Positions 9,921-20,349 of a stretch of DNA of 64,000 nt are shown in pieces. The notes beneath the pieces are model-generated. The model had not been told where the DNA came from and did no database searches. It worked only from the letters and a program-made list of their open reading frames with translations. The DNA lies in assembly GCA_910586765.1 (NCBI GenBank), contig CAJUJJ010000007.1, positions 16,687 to 80,686 of the forward strand, given 5' to 3'. Position numbers and translations under genes: made by a program. The stretch's first letter is position 1; each line of letters starts with the position of its first letter. This DNA comes from an uncultured Clostridia bacterium (GTDB lineage Bacteria; Bacillota; Clostridia; Lachnospirales; Anaerotignaceae).

Positions 9921-10880
9921 TTAAAACAATTCAGCTATTTTTAACTGTATCTCATGCCATGCTTGTTCTATTGTACTATAAATAGTACAACCAGCTGCTT
10001 TAACATGACCGCCTCCACCAAAATTTTGAGCTAATTTACAGACATCAAATCCGTCTTCTCCTCTAAAACTTGCTTTTACTTCGTTTTCTCCTTTTTGGTA
10101 AATAAAACAAGCAATTTTTATGCCTTCTACCCCTTTTATAAAATTAACAATACTATCTACTTCTTTACTTGTACCATGACATTCTTTTATATCCTGTTGC
10201 GTCAAAAAAGTATAAATTACATTTTCATTAAAATATTTTTCTGCTTTTTCAAATGCTCTGCCTAACAGCTTTAACTCTGAAAAAGTTCTATTGTCAAAAA
10301 ATGTAGTATAAATTTTATTTGCTGGAATAGAATATGTCATCAATTCTGCTGCTGCTGTCATTGTTATAGGACTTGTAGAACTATGGCGAAAACCTGCTGT
10401 GTCATAGAGTATACCTGCATAAAGTGCTGAGGCAATTTGTTGATTGAATACAGCATCATCTCTTAAAAATTGATATATAATTTCTGAAGTAGAAGAAGCA
10501 TCGCTATTTACATAATTATATTTACCAAAATACGTATTACTAATATGATGGTCAATATTTATTTTCTGTTTTGTTTTATCAAAAATTTGTTGTGCCTCCC
10601 CTAAACGTTGCTTATCTCCGCTATCTAATGCTACAAAGGCATCAAATGTCGCATCTGCATATTTTTCTTTTGGCAATAACAAATTTTTATCTGCAATAAT
10701 ATCATATTTATTCGAAAATTCTTCTAAAACAACAGATACATTTTTTCCTTGTTTCTGTAAAGCATAGGCAAGAGCAAAGCAAGCACCTACTGCATCGCCA
10801 TCAGGGTTTTGATGTCCCCCAATGGCAATACTTTGGCAATACTGTAATGCTTCTTTTATTTCTTCAAATGTATTATTCAT
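9921..10880 (-). CDS. nrnA: DHH/DHHA1 oligoribonuclease/PAP phosphatase
   Basis: HQNPDGD, NIDHH, GGGGHVKAAG. Confidence 0.9.
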   Translation of the reverse strand: MNNTFEEIKEALQYCQSIAIGGHQNPDGDAVGACFALAYALQKQGKNVSVVLEEFSNKYDIIADKNLLLPKEKYADATFDAFVALDSGDKQRLGEAQQIFDKTKQKINIDHHISNTYFGKYNYVNSDASSTSEIIYQFLRDDAVFNQQIASALYAGILYDTAGFRHSSTSPITMTAAAELMTYSIPANKIYTTFFDNRTFSELKLLGRAFEKAEKYFNENVIYTFLTQQDIKECHGTSKEVDSIVNFIKGVEGIKIACFIYQKGENEVKASFRGEDGFDVCKLAQNFGGGGHVKAAGCTIYSTIEQAWHEIQLKIAELF

Positions 10881-10882
10881 TT

Positions 10883-11257
10883 TTATTCACCAGATTTCCT
10901 TGTTTCTCTCTCTTTTGCAACTTGTTCCATAAGCTGGTTCATATGAATAGCATATTCTGTACTTTCATCTAATTTAAACTGCAATTCTGGTGTAAAACGC
11001 AAATTTATTCTCTCTGCTACTAAATGTCTTATAAAACCGCCTGCATTTTTTAATCCCTTCATAACATTTTGTTTTTCTTCTTCATTTCCTAACACAGATA
11101 CAAATACTTTACAATATTTTAAATCTGTAGTTGTATCCACTCGTATTACACTTGTCATAGCATTAATACGAGGGTCTTTTACTTCAAAACGTATTATTTG
11201 AGAAAGTTCTTTCATAATTTCATCATTAATGCGAGAAATTCTGTTATTATTTTTCAT
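10883..11257 (-). CDS. rbfA: Ribosome-binding factor A
   Basis: VKDPRI, LRFTPELQF; follows infB. Confidence 0.96.
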   Translation of the reverse strand: MKNNNRISRINDEIMKELSQIIRFEVKDPRINAMTSVIRVDTTTDLKYCKVFVSVLGNEEEKQNVMKGLKNAGGFIRHLVAERINLRFTPELQFKLDESTEYAIHMNQLMEQVAKERETRKSGE

Positions 11258-11271
11258 ATTTTTTCTCCTAT

Positions 11272-13368
11272 TTATCTTGGTACTTCTACCATTTTAAATG
11301 CTTCTACAAAATCGCCTACTTTAATATCATTAAATTTTTTAAATACAAGGCCACATTCATATCCTGCTGCAACTTCTTTTACATCATCTTTAAAACGCTT
11401 TAAGCTTTCCAATTCTCCTTCAAATATTACAATACCATCTCTTGTAATTCTAGCCTGACAATTTCTTTCGAATTTTCCATCTAATACATAACTTCCTGCA
11501 ATATTGCCAACACCAGAAGCTTTAAAGAGTTGACGAATTTCTGCGTGTCCCAATACTTTTTCTTCATATACTGGGTCAAGCATACCTTTCATAGCTGCTG
11601 TAATATCTTCAATAGCATTATAAATTACTCTATATAGACGAACATCAACTTTTTCTTCATCTGCAAATAATTTTGCAGCAGGCTCAGGACGCACATTAAA
11701 ACCAATAATAATAGCATTTGATGCAGATGCCAGCATAACATCAGATTCTGTAATAGTACCTACGCCACCATGAATAATACGAATACGCACTTCTTCATTG
11801 GAAAGTCTTTCTAAACTTTGACGTACTGCCTCAACAGAGCCTTGTACATCTGCTTTTACTACAACATTCAAGTCTTTTACATTTCCAGATTGTATTTGTG
11901 TAAATAAATCATCAAGAGATACTTTTTGTGGGGTATCTTTTATTAGATTTTCTCTATTTTTTGCCACAACACTTTCTGCAACTTGTCTAGCTTGTTTTTC
12001 ATTTTCTGCTACATAAAAAGTATCACCTGCTGTAGGTACTTCTGAAAGTCCTAAAATTTCCACAGGTGTAGAAGGGCCAGCCTTTTTTACACGTCTGCCT
12101 TTGTCATCTGTCATTGCTCTAATTTTACCATAAGCACTGCCCGCTACAATAGGGTCACCTACGTGAAGTGTACCATTTTGTACTAATACAGTAGCAACAG
12201 AACCTCTACCTTTATCAAGTTGTGCCTCTACAATAGCACCTCTTGCTTTTTTATTAGGGTTTGCTTTTAATTCTTTCATTTCTGCAACTAATGTAATCAT
12301 TTCCAAAAGTTGGTCAATACCTTCTTTATTTACCGCAGAAACTGGAACACAAATTGTTTCGCCGCCCCAATCTTCTGCCAAAAGACCATACTCTGTTAAT
12401 TCCTGTTTTACTCTGTCAGGATTTGCAGATGGTTTATCCATTTTATTGATAGCAACAATAATATCTACACCTGCCGCTTTTGCATGGTTAATCGCTTCTA
12501 TTGTTTGAGGCATAACACCATCGTCGGCTGCTACAACTAATACAGCAATATCTGTAATTTGTGCTCCTCTCATTCTCATAGCAGTAAATGCTTCGTGTCC
12601 TGGTGTATCCAAAAAAGTAATTGGTTTTCCATCAATTTGTACTGTATAAGCACCTATGTGCTGCGTAATACCGCCTGCTTCATTGCTTGTCACACTACTG
12701 TGACGAATGGAGTCTAAAAGAGAAGTTTTACCATGGTCAACGTGTCCCATAACAACTACAACAGGAGGTCTTTCTTTTAAATCTTTTTCGTCATCTTCTT
12801 CCTCTTGTCCGAACACTTCTTCCATAATGTCCTTTTCTTGTTCTTTTTCTAATATAATATCAAATTCTTCCGCAATAGCAACTGCCATATCAAATTCAAT
12901 ATTTTGGTTAATAGCTGCCATAATTCCCTTTTTCATAAAAGATTTTACAATTTCTGATGCGTTTTTTCCAAGTACTTCCGCAAGTTCTTTTACAGTAGGA
13001 TTTTCGTTGATATATTTTACTGCTACATCTTCTTCCTCTTTGTTTTCTTCCTCTACAATTTGTCTTTCTTCTGTTTTAGAAAAATCTTGTTTATGATTTT
13101 TTTCTTTTTTATTTTTCCCTTTTTTATTATTTTGATACTCTTGTTTATTTTGTTCTGTTTTTTGTTCTTCTGTTGTTTTTTCCTGTGCTATAATAGTATC
13201 TTGATTTTGTTTTAATCCAAATACTTCCATAACAACTGCTGCATCTTCTTCTTTTAAACCGCTCATATGGCTTTTTACTTCAATACCTAGTTCTTTCAAT
13301 TTTTCAATTAATTCTTTGTTTTCTATTTTTAACATTTTTGCAAGCTCATAAATTCTAATATTAGGCAT
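11272..13368 (-). CDS. infB: Translation initiation factor IF-2
   Basis: [17 protein letters not shown]. Confidence 0.98.
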   Translation of the reverse strand: MPNIRIYELAKMLKIENKELIEKLKELGIEVKSHMSGLKEEDAAVVMEVFGLKQNQDTIIAQEKTTEEQKTEQNKQEYQNNKKGKNKKEKNHKQDFSKTEERQIVEEENKEEEDVAVKYINENPTVKELAEVLGKNASEIVKSFMKKGIMAAINQNIEFDMAVAIAEEFDIILEKEQEKDIMEEVFGQEEEDDEKDLKERPPVVVVMGHVDHGKTSLLDSIRHSSVTSNEAGGITQHIGAYTVQIDGKPITFLDTPGHEAFTAMRMRGAQITDIAVLVVAADDGVMPQTIEAINHAKAAGVDIIVAINKMDKPSANPDRVKQELTEYGLLAEDWGGETICVPVSAVNKEGIDQLLEMITLVAEMKELKANPNKKARGAIVEAQLDKGRGSVATVLVQNGTLHVGDPIVAGSAYGKIRAMTDDKGRRVKKAGPSTPVEILGLSEVPTAGDTFYVAENEKQARQVAESVVAKNRENLIKDTPQKVSLDDLFTQIQSGNVKDLNVVVKADVQGSVEAVRQSLERLSNEEVRIRIIHGGVGTITESDVMLASASNAIIIGFNVRPEPAAKLFADEEKVDVRLYRVIYNAIEDITAAMKGMLDPVYEEKVLGHAEIRQLFKASGVGNIAGSYVLDGKFERNCQARITRDGIVIFEGELESLKRFKDDVKEVAAGYECGLVFKKFNDIKVGDFVEAFKMVEVPR

Positions 13369-13387
13369 TGCTCCACCTCCAATAATT

Positions 13388-13687
13388 TTATTGTACTATT
13401 TTCTGTAATATGTTTTTTGCAAATCCTTCTTCTGTTATTGCTAATATAGCTCTGCTTTCTTTTCCCAATGCACTACCAATTCTTTCTTTAGAACCTAATA
13501 CAAAAATTGGTATATGATAATAAGCGGCACTATTTTGAAATTTTTTTTGAGTATTTGCTGAGGCATCTTCTGCTAATAAAAGTAATTTCGCTGTTTTATT
13601 TTTAATTGCTAATTCACAGCCAACTTCACCTGAAACTACTTTACCTGCCTTTTGACAAAGTCCCAAAAGAGAATATATTTTATCCAT
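13388..13687 (-). CDS. ylxQ: L7Ae/L30e-family RNA-binding protein
   Basis: [13 protein letters not shown]; conserved slot before infB. Confidence 0.88.
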   Translation of the reverse strand: MDKIYSLLGLCQKAGKVVSGEVGCELAIKNKTAKLLLLAEDASANTQKKFQNSAAYYHIPIFVLGSKERIGSALGKESRAILAITEEGFAKNILQKIVQ

Positions 13688-13958
13688 TTTTTATCTCACC
13701 ACGTAATTGTTCTGCTAATTGTTCATAAACCTCTTTAGGTACAGCTTTTTTAAAAGACCTATCTAATCCCTTTGATTTTTGTGCTTTTTCTAAACACTCT
13801 ATATTAGGGCAGATATATGCACCACGTCCTGGCTTTTTTCCTGTTGCGTCCAAAAAAAATTCCCCTTCATCATTGTGTACAATGCGTATCATTTCTTTTT
13901 TATTTTTCATTTCTTGACAGCCAGTACATTTTCTCAATGGAATTTTTCTTTGTTTCAT
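13680..13958 (-). CDS. rnpM: YlxR/RnpM RNA-binding protein
   Basis: PLRKCTGC, GRGAYIC. Confidence 0.92.
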   Translation of the reverse strand: MKQRKIPLRKCTGCQEMKNKKEMIRIVHNDEGEFFLDATGKKPGRGAYICPNIECLEKAQKSKGLDRSFKKAVPKEVYEQLAEQLRGEIKNG

Positions 13959-14017
13959 AAATAAAACCTCCTTTCACGCTTTCTGGAAAGAAAGCTTTTC
14001 AAAGAATTTTACTATAA

Positions 14018-15286
14018 TTATTGTTGTTGTTCTTCTATTTCATGAAGCTGTTGTGATACATCATTTTCCATAGTTTCTTGTATTTCTTCAGATATTTCAC
14101 TTATATTTTTCTTTTCTTCTGGTTCTTCTAAATCTGCAAAAGCTTCTTGACATAAACGTAACATTCTTTCTTGTTCACTTTCATTTTCACTCTCTTGCTC
14201 ATTATCTATTAGTTCCATATTGTTTTCATCATTTTCTAAAAAGTTTGTTTCTCTTGCTTGCGTTTCACTTTTAATATCAATTCTCCAACCTGTTAATTTT
14301 GCTGAAAGTCTTGCATTTTGTCCTTCTTTTCCTATTGCAAGAGAAAGCTGATGGTCAGGCACTACAATTTTCGCACTTTGTTCCTGCTCATTGATAGAAA
14401 CAGCCACTACTTTAGAAGGACTTAATGCAGCTGCAATAAATTCTTTAGGGTCTTCACTCCAGTTAATAACATCTATTTTTTCACCGTGTAATTCATTTAC
14501 AATAACATTTACTCTATAACCATTTTGTCCTACACAAGCTCCTAAAGCATCTACATTTTTATCTTTTGTGTAAACTGCAATTTTTGTCCTAGAGCCTGCC
14601 TCTCTGGCAATGCTTTTTATTTCTACTGTTCCATCATATACCTCTGGTACTTCTTGCTCAAAAAGTCTTTTTACTAATTCTGGGTGTGTTCTGGAAACAT
14701 AAATTTGAGGACCTTTTGTACTTTGTTTTACTTCTAAAACATAAACTTTTATTCTATCCATAAAATTATATTCTTCAAAAGGAATTTGTTCATTTGGTGT
14801 TAATATCGCATCAATTTTTCCTAACTGTACAATCACATTTTTTCTTTCTCGTCTTTGTACAATGCCTGTCATAATATCTTTTTCTTTTGTAATGTATTGA
14901 TTATAAAGTATTTCTCTTTCTGCCTCTCTAAATTTCTGTACGACTACCTGTTTCGCAGTTTGTGCTGAAATTCTGCCAAAATTCTTTGGTGTTACTTCAA
15001 TATCAATAATATCACCTATAATAAAATAAGGATTGATATTTCTTGCATCTTCTAAAGAAATCTGAAGCATTTTATCTTCTACTTCTTCCACCACTTCCTT
15101 TTGTGCATAACAAGCAACATCTCCTGTTTCACGGTTAATTACAACTTTTATATTTTGACTTGTACCAAAATTTTTTTTACAAGCTGATACAAGAGAAGTT
15201 TCTATCGCTTCAAATATAACTTCTTTATCAATGCCTTTTTCCTTTTCAATTTGGTTTAACGCATTTATAAATTCTACTCTATCCAT
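14018..15286 (-). CDS. nusA: Transcription factor NusA (acidic C-terminal tail)
   Basis: FGRISAQTAKQ, REAGSRTKIAV, LAIGKEGQNARL. Confidence 0.98.
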   Translation of the reverse strand: MDRVEFINALNQIEKEKGIDKEVIFEAIETSLVSACKKNFGTSQNIKVVINRETGDVACYAQKEVVEEVEDKMLQISLEDARNINPYFIIGDIIDIEVTPKNFGRISAQTAKQVVVQKFREAEREILYNQYITKEKDIMTGIVQRRERKNVIVQLGKIDAILTPNEQIPFEEYNFMDRIKVYVLEVKQSTKGPQIYVSRTHPELVKRLFEQEVPEVYDGTVEIKSIAREAGSRTKIAVYTKDKNVDALGACVGQNGYRVNVIVNELHGEKIDVINWSEDPKEFIAAALSPSKVVAVSINEQEQSAKIVVPDHQLSLAIGKEGQNARLSAKLTGWRIDIKSETQARETNFLENDENNMELIDNEQESENESEQERMLRLCQEAFADLEEPEEKKNISEISEEIQETMENDVSQQLHEIEEQQQ

Positions 15287-15357
15287 TTTTTTAATTTCTC
15301 CTTTTTATACTATTTGTATTTTTGTGTTCCAAAAATACATTCACAACGGACAGTAAA

Positions 15358-15825
15358 CTAAAATATGACTGCTAAACGAACACTTGCCGTTTCTTTTTGT
15401 ACAAACTGCTTTTCTGTTCCATCTTCTTCTATTATGGTAATTACACCATTATCAAATTGTTTTAATTCTCCTTGATATTCTTTTTTGCCTTCTAATGGTT
15501 TATACAATTTTATGTCAATGATTTCTCCAATATATTTTTCAAAATGTTCTGGTTTTTTTAATGGTCTGTCAATGCCTGGAGAACTTACTTCTAATATATA
15601 AGCCTGTTCAATAGGGTCTGTCTCGTCCAATTTTTTTTCCAAAATGCGGCTTACATTTTCACAGTCCTCAATGGTAACACCACCATCTTTATCAATATAT
15701 ACTCTTAAATACCAATTAGGGCCTTCTTTTACAAATTCTAAATCTGCTAATTCCAATGCTTTTTCTTCTAATATAGGCTCTAATATCGCTAATACCTTTT
15801 TTTCTGTATTATTTTGTTTCGCCAC
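15358..15825 (-). CDS. rimP: Ribosome maturation factor RimP
   Basis: LEVSSPGIDRPL; GTG start. Confidence 0.96.
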   Translation of the reverse strand: MAKQNNTEKKVLAILEPILEEKALELADLEFVKEGPNWYLRVYIDKDGGVTIEDCENVSRILEKKLDETDPIEQAYILEVSSPGIDRPLKKPEHFEKYIGEIIDIKLYKPLEGKKEYQGELKQFDNGVITIIEEDGTEKQFVQKETASVRLAVIF

Positions 15826-15844
15826 AAACTCACCTCATAACAAA

Positions 15845-15931
15845 ATTTAAGAGTGGGTTTTCACCCACTCTTTTGATATAAAAATCTATTGATACTGCTT
15901 TTAGTATAGCACCTTATACTATTAAATGCAA
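15845..15931 (-). promoter_or_regulatory. rimP/nusA operon promoter and leader attenuator hairpin
   Basis: TTGCAT-17-TATACT (15931-15903) and AAGAGTGGG...CCCACTCTT hairpin (15849-15872) with a weak U-tract. Confidence 0.7.
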
Positions 15932-15958
15932 GAAATATTTACAAAAATATTTACAGCG

Positions 15959-16363
15959 TTACTGACTATCTCTTTGAGCAATGATATAGTATATTTTTAT
16001 TTCTGCACCAACTGGTTCCGATACTGCTCTAAATGTATATTCTTTACTTTTTCCAAATATACTATTATTTACTTTTACATAAATATGTCCTTTGTCATTT
16101 GGATTAAAAATACGTTCTTCTTCTCCATTTATAGTAGCTAAAACTGCAATATCTCCTCTATTTTCTATATAAAAATTAACATATTTTCCATCTTTTTTAT
16201 CTAAGGTATAATCACTTTCAAAAACATCACTAACATATAGACCTGTACTTACAGTATCTGTTTCATTTGTAACAGTATTATCTTCATTTGCAAATATCAT
16301 ATAAGAATTAAAAAAAACTGTTATAATTGTCAAAAATAGAAGTGTTATCTTTTTTATATTCAC
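15959..16363 (-). CDS. Secreted hypothetical protein
   Basis: GAGGAGG RBS, GTG start, signal peptide, beta-strand-like mature part. Confidence 0.75.
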   Translation of the reverse strand: MNIKKITLLFLTIITVFFNSYMIFANEDNTVTNETDTVSTGLYVSDVFESDYTLDKKDGKYVNFYIENRGDIAVLATINGEEERIFNPNDKGHIYVKVNNSIFGKSKEYTFRAVSEPVGAEIKIYYIIAQRDSQ

Positions 16364-16397
16364 AAATATTCCTCCTCTATTACTGTCACTTTAGAGA

Positions 16398-17831
16398 TTA
16401 CACTCTTACTTCTTCTCCTTCTTCTTCTAAAAGTTGTTTATTTTTGTCTAGCACAGGCTGTACAAAATTTTTAACATAATTTTCTGTTTGTTCTGGTGCA
16501 ATACCAACAAAGTTTTCTGGTATCATAATAGCTTCTAATTCTTCCATAGTCATACCAAACATAGTATCATTTGCAATTCTTTGTAGTAAATCATTAGGCT
16601 TTCCTTCCATTTTAACCATTTTTCCTGCTTCCATAGAATGTACTCTAATTCTTTCATGCAGTTCTTGTCTGTTTCCACCTTTTTTTACAGCGTCCATCAT
16701 AATATTTTCTGTTGCCATAAATGGTAGTTCATCATTCAGATGTTTTCTAATTACTTTAGGATATACTACCAAACCATCTACTACATTTCTATACAATGTC
16801 AATATCGCATCTACACATAAAAATGCTTCTGGTACACTAATTCTTTTATTTGCAGAGTCATCTAATGTCCTCTCAAACCATTGTATGGAAGATGTGATTG
16901 CTGGATTAATAGCGTCTGCAATGACATATCTCGCAAGAGAACCTATTCTTTCAGAACGCATAGGATTTCTTTTATATGCCATAGCGGAAGAACCTATTTG
17001 ACTTTTTTCAAAAGGTTCTTCAATTTCTTTTAAATGTTGTAACAATCTAATATCATTACTAAATTTAAAAGCACTTTGTGCAATAGAAGAAAGTACATTT
17101 AATATTTGAGCATCTAATTTTCTAGGATAGGTTTGTCCTGATACTTTAAAATAATTTGTATATCCCATTTTATTGGCAATAATATCATCTAATTGTTTCA
17201 CTTTTTGTTTATCTCCATCAAATAATTCCAAAAAGCTAGCTTGTGTACCCGTAGTACCTTTTGAGCCTAACAATTTCGCTTTACTAATTTGAAATTCTAT
17301 ATCTTCTAAATCCATCATTAAATCTTGCAGCCAAAGCGTTGCTCTTTTTCCTACTGTTGTAGTTTGTGCTGGCTGAAAATGTGTAAATCCTAATGTTGGC
17401 ATATCTTTATATTCTAAAGCAAATTTTGAAAGCTCATTTATGACATTTAATAATTTCTTTCTAATAAGTTTCATTGCTTCTGTCATAATAATAATATCTG
17501 TATTATCTCCTACATAACAGCTTGTTGCTCCCAAATGAATAATAGCCTCTGCTTTTGGTGCTTGCTTTCCAAAAGCATATACATGGCTCATAACATCGTG
17601 ACGTACTTCTTTTTCTCTTGCTTCTGCCACTTCATAGTTAATATCATATTGATGTGCTTTCATTTCCTCAATTTGTTCTTCTGTAATAGCAAGTCCTAGT
17701 TCTTTTTCTGCTTCTGCTAAAGCAATCCACAATTTTCTCCATGTTTGAAATTTAAACTCTTGTGAAAATAAGTGGGACATTTCTTTACTTGCATATCTTG
17801 TATTTAATGGAGACTGATATTGTTGTTTCAT
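16398..17831 (-). CDS. purB: Adenylosuccinate lyase
   Basis: GSSAMAYKRNP, RHDVMSH, ERTLDDSA. Confidence 0.96.
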   Translation of the reverse strand: MKQQYQSPLNTRYASKEMSHLFSQEFKFQTWRKLWIALAEAEKELGLAITEEQIEEMKAHQYDINYEVAEAREKEVRHDVMSHVYAFGKQAPKAEAIIHLGATSCYVGDNTDIIIMTEAMKLIRKKLLNVINELSKFALEYKDMPTLGFTHFQPAQTTTVGKRATLWLQDLMMDLEDIEFQISKAKLLGSKGTTGTQASFLELFDGDKQKVKQLDDIIANKMGYTNYFKVSGQTYPRKLDAQILNVLSSIAQSAFKFSNDIRLLQHLKEIEEPFEKSQIGSSAMAYKRNPMRSERIGSLARYVIADAINPAITSSIQWFERTLDDSANKRISVPEAFLCVDAILTLYRNVVDGLVVYPKVIRKHLNDELPFMATENIMMDAVKKGGNRQELHERIRVHSMEAGKMVKMEGKPNDLLQRIANDTMFGMTMEELEAIMIPENFVGIAPEQTENYVKNFVQPVLDKNKQLLEEEGEEVRV

Positions 17832-17862
17832 TTGTATACTCCTTTCCATATTTGAGTAATGA

Positions 17863-18405
17863 TTATACCCAGACACCAAATCTATTATTTTCTATATCAT
17901 AAAAATTTTGAGAAAAACTATTTCCAAACATAACTGCAATATCCTTTAATGAAATATAAATTGTATTTTCTTTATTCACAAGAGGATATGCCAACGCTCT
18001 AGCTTTTTCTCCATTGAATGAAATTTTGCTGTTCTCTATTTGTATCATACTACATCTTTGTGCTATATGACATTCTATTTGTTTTGTATTTTCATACCAT
18101 ATTAAATCACACGCTGTTAAATGATATGTTTTTTCTGCCTTTCGAATAACATCAAACAAATCTCTTAAAGGTATCATTATCATACCATTTTCTAACAGAT
18201 AAGGATAATGATTTGTTTCAAATGCTTCCCCTTCTAAATAAAACAAATTACTTTTTGCTTCAAATGATAAAAATTTAGGAAAATATACAGTATCATAGTC
18301 ATTCGTAATAACTGTATTTACTATAGGCTGTTGCATTTCATTTGCATAGCAATTTATAGTAAAAATCATAAAAGATAATAAAACAGCAACTATTTTTTTA
18401 TTCAT
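17863..18405 (-). CDS. Secreted stalk/copper-amine-oxidase-N-terminal-like domain protein
   Basis: Signal peptide; ENGMIMIPLRDL and KENTIYISLKDI motifs typical of the stalk domain. Confidence 0.6.
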   Translation of the reverse strand: MNKKIVAVLLSFMIFTINCYANEMQQPIVNTVITNDYDTVYFPKFLSFEAKSNLFYLEGEAFETNHYPYLLENGMIMIPLRDLFDVIRKAEKTYHLTACDLIWYENTKQIECHIAQRCSMIQIENSKISFNGEKARALAYPLVNKENTIYISLKDIAVMFGNSFSQNFYDIENNRFGVWV

Positions 18406-18536
18406 AAATATCACCTTTTTATTTGTCTTTTTTCAGAAAAGTATTTCTATTGAATAAGACTTAAAGCATAATACATATTTCTGTATACAATTATGAATTT
18501 TTTGTTTGTTTAACAGCTTTGTAAACTGAAATTCGA

Positions 18537-18920
18537 TTACTTTAAGTACAATAAATCCTTTTTGAATTTATCATAATTAAAATTACCTTTAGATTTAATT
18601 TGTTTTACCGCTGTCAAAATCATTTCTTTTGTTTGCTCTACTTTTCCTAAACTATCTGCTTTATAGTAATTTTCAAAGTTCATTCTAATTGTTATACTAA
18701 CAATACTTTTATTACAAAGAAATTTGATATTTTCTTTCCATTTTCCGCTATCATATATTTCCTGTGGAGCTACAACAGGAATGATGCCAATAATATGTAA
18801 AGTATCGCTATATTCCTTATCCTTAAAAAAAACATATGCTTTTTGGCAAAATTTATATACTTCATCGTCGACACCATAATGCTCTTTAAAATAGGCAGGT
18901 GAATTTATATTTAATTCCAT
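18537..18920 (-). CDS. Hypothetical protein resembling polymorphic-toxin immunity proteins (Imm44-like)
   Basis: 127 aa; KEYS..LHIIGIIPVV..WKE..IRMNFENYYKAD..FNYDKFKKDL pattern recalled from Imm44-type proteins. Confidence 0.55.
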   Translation of the reverse strand: MELNINSPAYFKEHYGVDDEVYKFCQKAYVFFKDKEYSDTLHIIGIIPVVAPQEIYDSGKWKENIKFLCNKSIVSITIRMNFENYYKADSLGKVEQTKEMILTAVKQIKSKGNFNYDKFKKDLLYLK

Positions 18921-18958
18921 AATTCACCCCAAATATTTACAATTTTCAAAAGTGTGCT

Positions 18959-19666
18959 TTATTTTGATGTAATTCTTCTCCAAACTTCTTCATAGGCTTC
19001 TTCTACACCGCCCAAATCTCTACGAAATCTATCTTTATCTAATTTTTGTTTTGTATTTGCGTCCCAAAGGCGACAGGTATCAGGAGAAACCTCATCAGCA
19101 AGTATTATTTTATCACCATATTTACCAAATTCTATTTTAAAATCTACTAATATAATATCTCTTTCTATAAAGAATTTTTTCATCAATTCATTTATTTTTA
19201 ATGCACTTTCAGAAATTGTTTTCAATTCTTGTTCTGTCGCAATACCAATGGCTGTAATTTGCATATCATTAATCATAGGGTCACCTAGAGCGTCATTTTT
19301 ATAAGAAAACTCTAATACAGCATTTTTTAATGATGTGCCTTCCTCTACCCCAAACTTTTTAGAAAAGCTCCCTGCTGCAATATTTCTTACAATAACCTCT
19401 AATGGTACAATTTTTACTTTTTTTACAAGTGTTTCTCTATCACTAATTTCTTTTACAAAATGATTTTCAACACCATTTTCTGCTAAATATTGAAATACAA
19501 TATTTGTCATTTTATTATTGATAACACCTTTTCCTGCAATAGAACCCTTTTTTAATCCATTAAATGCAGTTGCATCGTCTTTGTAATCTACAATATACAA
19601 ATTTTCATCTTCTGTTTTGTACACTTTTTTTGCTTTTCCTTCATAAAGCATTTCTAATTTTTTCAT
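18959..19666 (-). CDS. purC: SAICAR synthetase
   Basis: LYEGKAK, KDDATAFNG, LVDFKIEFG, DEVSPDTCRLWD. Confidence 0.98.
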   Translation of the reverse strand: MKKLEMLYEGKAKKVYKTEDENLYIVDYKDDATAFNGLKKGSIAGKGVINNKMTNIVFQYLAENGVENHFVKEISDRETLVKKVKIVPLEVIVRNIAAGSFSKKFGVEEGTSLKNAVLEFSYKNDALGDPMINDMQITAIGIATEQELKTISESALKINELMKKFFIERDIILVDFKIEFGKYGDKIILADEVSPDTCRLWDANTKQKLDKDRFRRDLGGVEEAYEEVWRRITSK

Positions 19667-19743
19667 ACCATTCTCCCCTTTGCAGTTATATTACAAAATT
19701 TTCTATTTTATACTACCACAACAAAAAAAGAACCGCAATACTT

Positions 19744-20349
19744 TCAAAAATTCTTTACAGGGCAATTTATTTTTTCTATTGTAATATGTCCTTTTGTCAC
19801 AGACACAAGAGAATAGGTTTCTTGCTCTAAAAAGAACTTCCAAAAACCATCATATCCTGCTCCTGTTAAAACACAAAGCATAGCACTCATAACACCATTG
19901 TGTGTCACTAAAAGCACCGTTTCATTTTCTTCTGTTTCTTTTATTACTTGTTCTAACGCTTTTCTAATTCTTTCATAAAATGTAAAAAATGCTTCTCCCT
20001 CAGGAATACAAAAATTTTTCCAATCCTTTCCCCACTGTTCAAAGGCTTCTGGATATTCCTTTTGTAATACTTTATAATGTTTTCCTTCCCAAAGTCCAAA
20101 ATTTAATTCTCTGAACTCTTTTCTTTTATCTAAAACAATATTCTTTCCTTTTGTAATAATTTCTGCTGTTTCTACAGAACGTTTTAAATCACTTGTAATT
20201 ACTTTATCACATATTACATTTTTAAAAAATCCATATAATGTTTGTGCTTGTTTTATTCCTACTTCGTTAATAGGGCAATCTGTCCAGCCGTAATATAATT
20301 TTTCTTTATTCATATCTGTTTGTCCATGACGCACTAAATATAATTTCAT
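19744..20349 (-). CDS. cobC: Alpha-ribazole-5'-phosphate phosphatase
   Basis: RHGQT histidine phosphatase at end of cob operon. Confidence 0.85.
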   Translation of the reverse strand: MKLYLVRHGQTDMNKEKLYYGWTDCPINEVGIKQAQTLYGFFKNVICDKVITSDLKRSVETAEIITKGKNIVLDKRKEFRELNFGLWEGKHYKVLQKEYPEAFEQWGKDWKNFCIPEGEAFFTFYERIRKALEQVIKETEENETVLLVTHNGVMSAMLCVLTGAGYDGFWKFFLEQETYSLVSVTKGHITIEKINCPVKNF

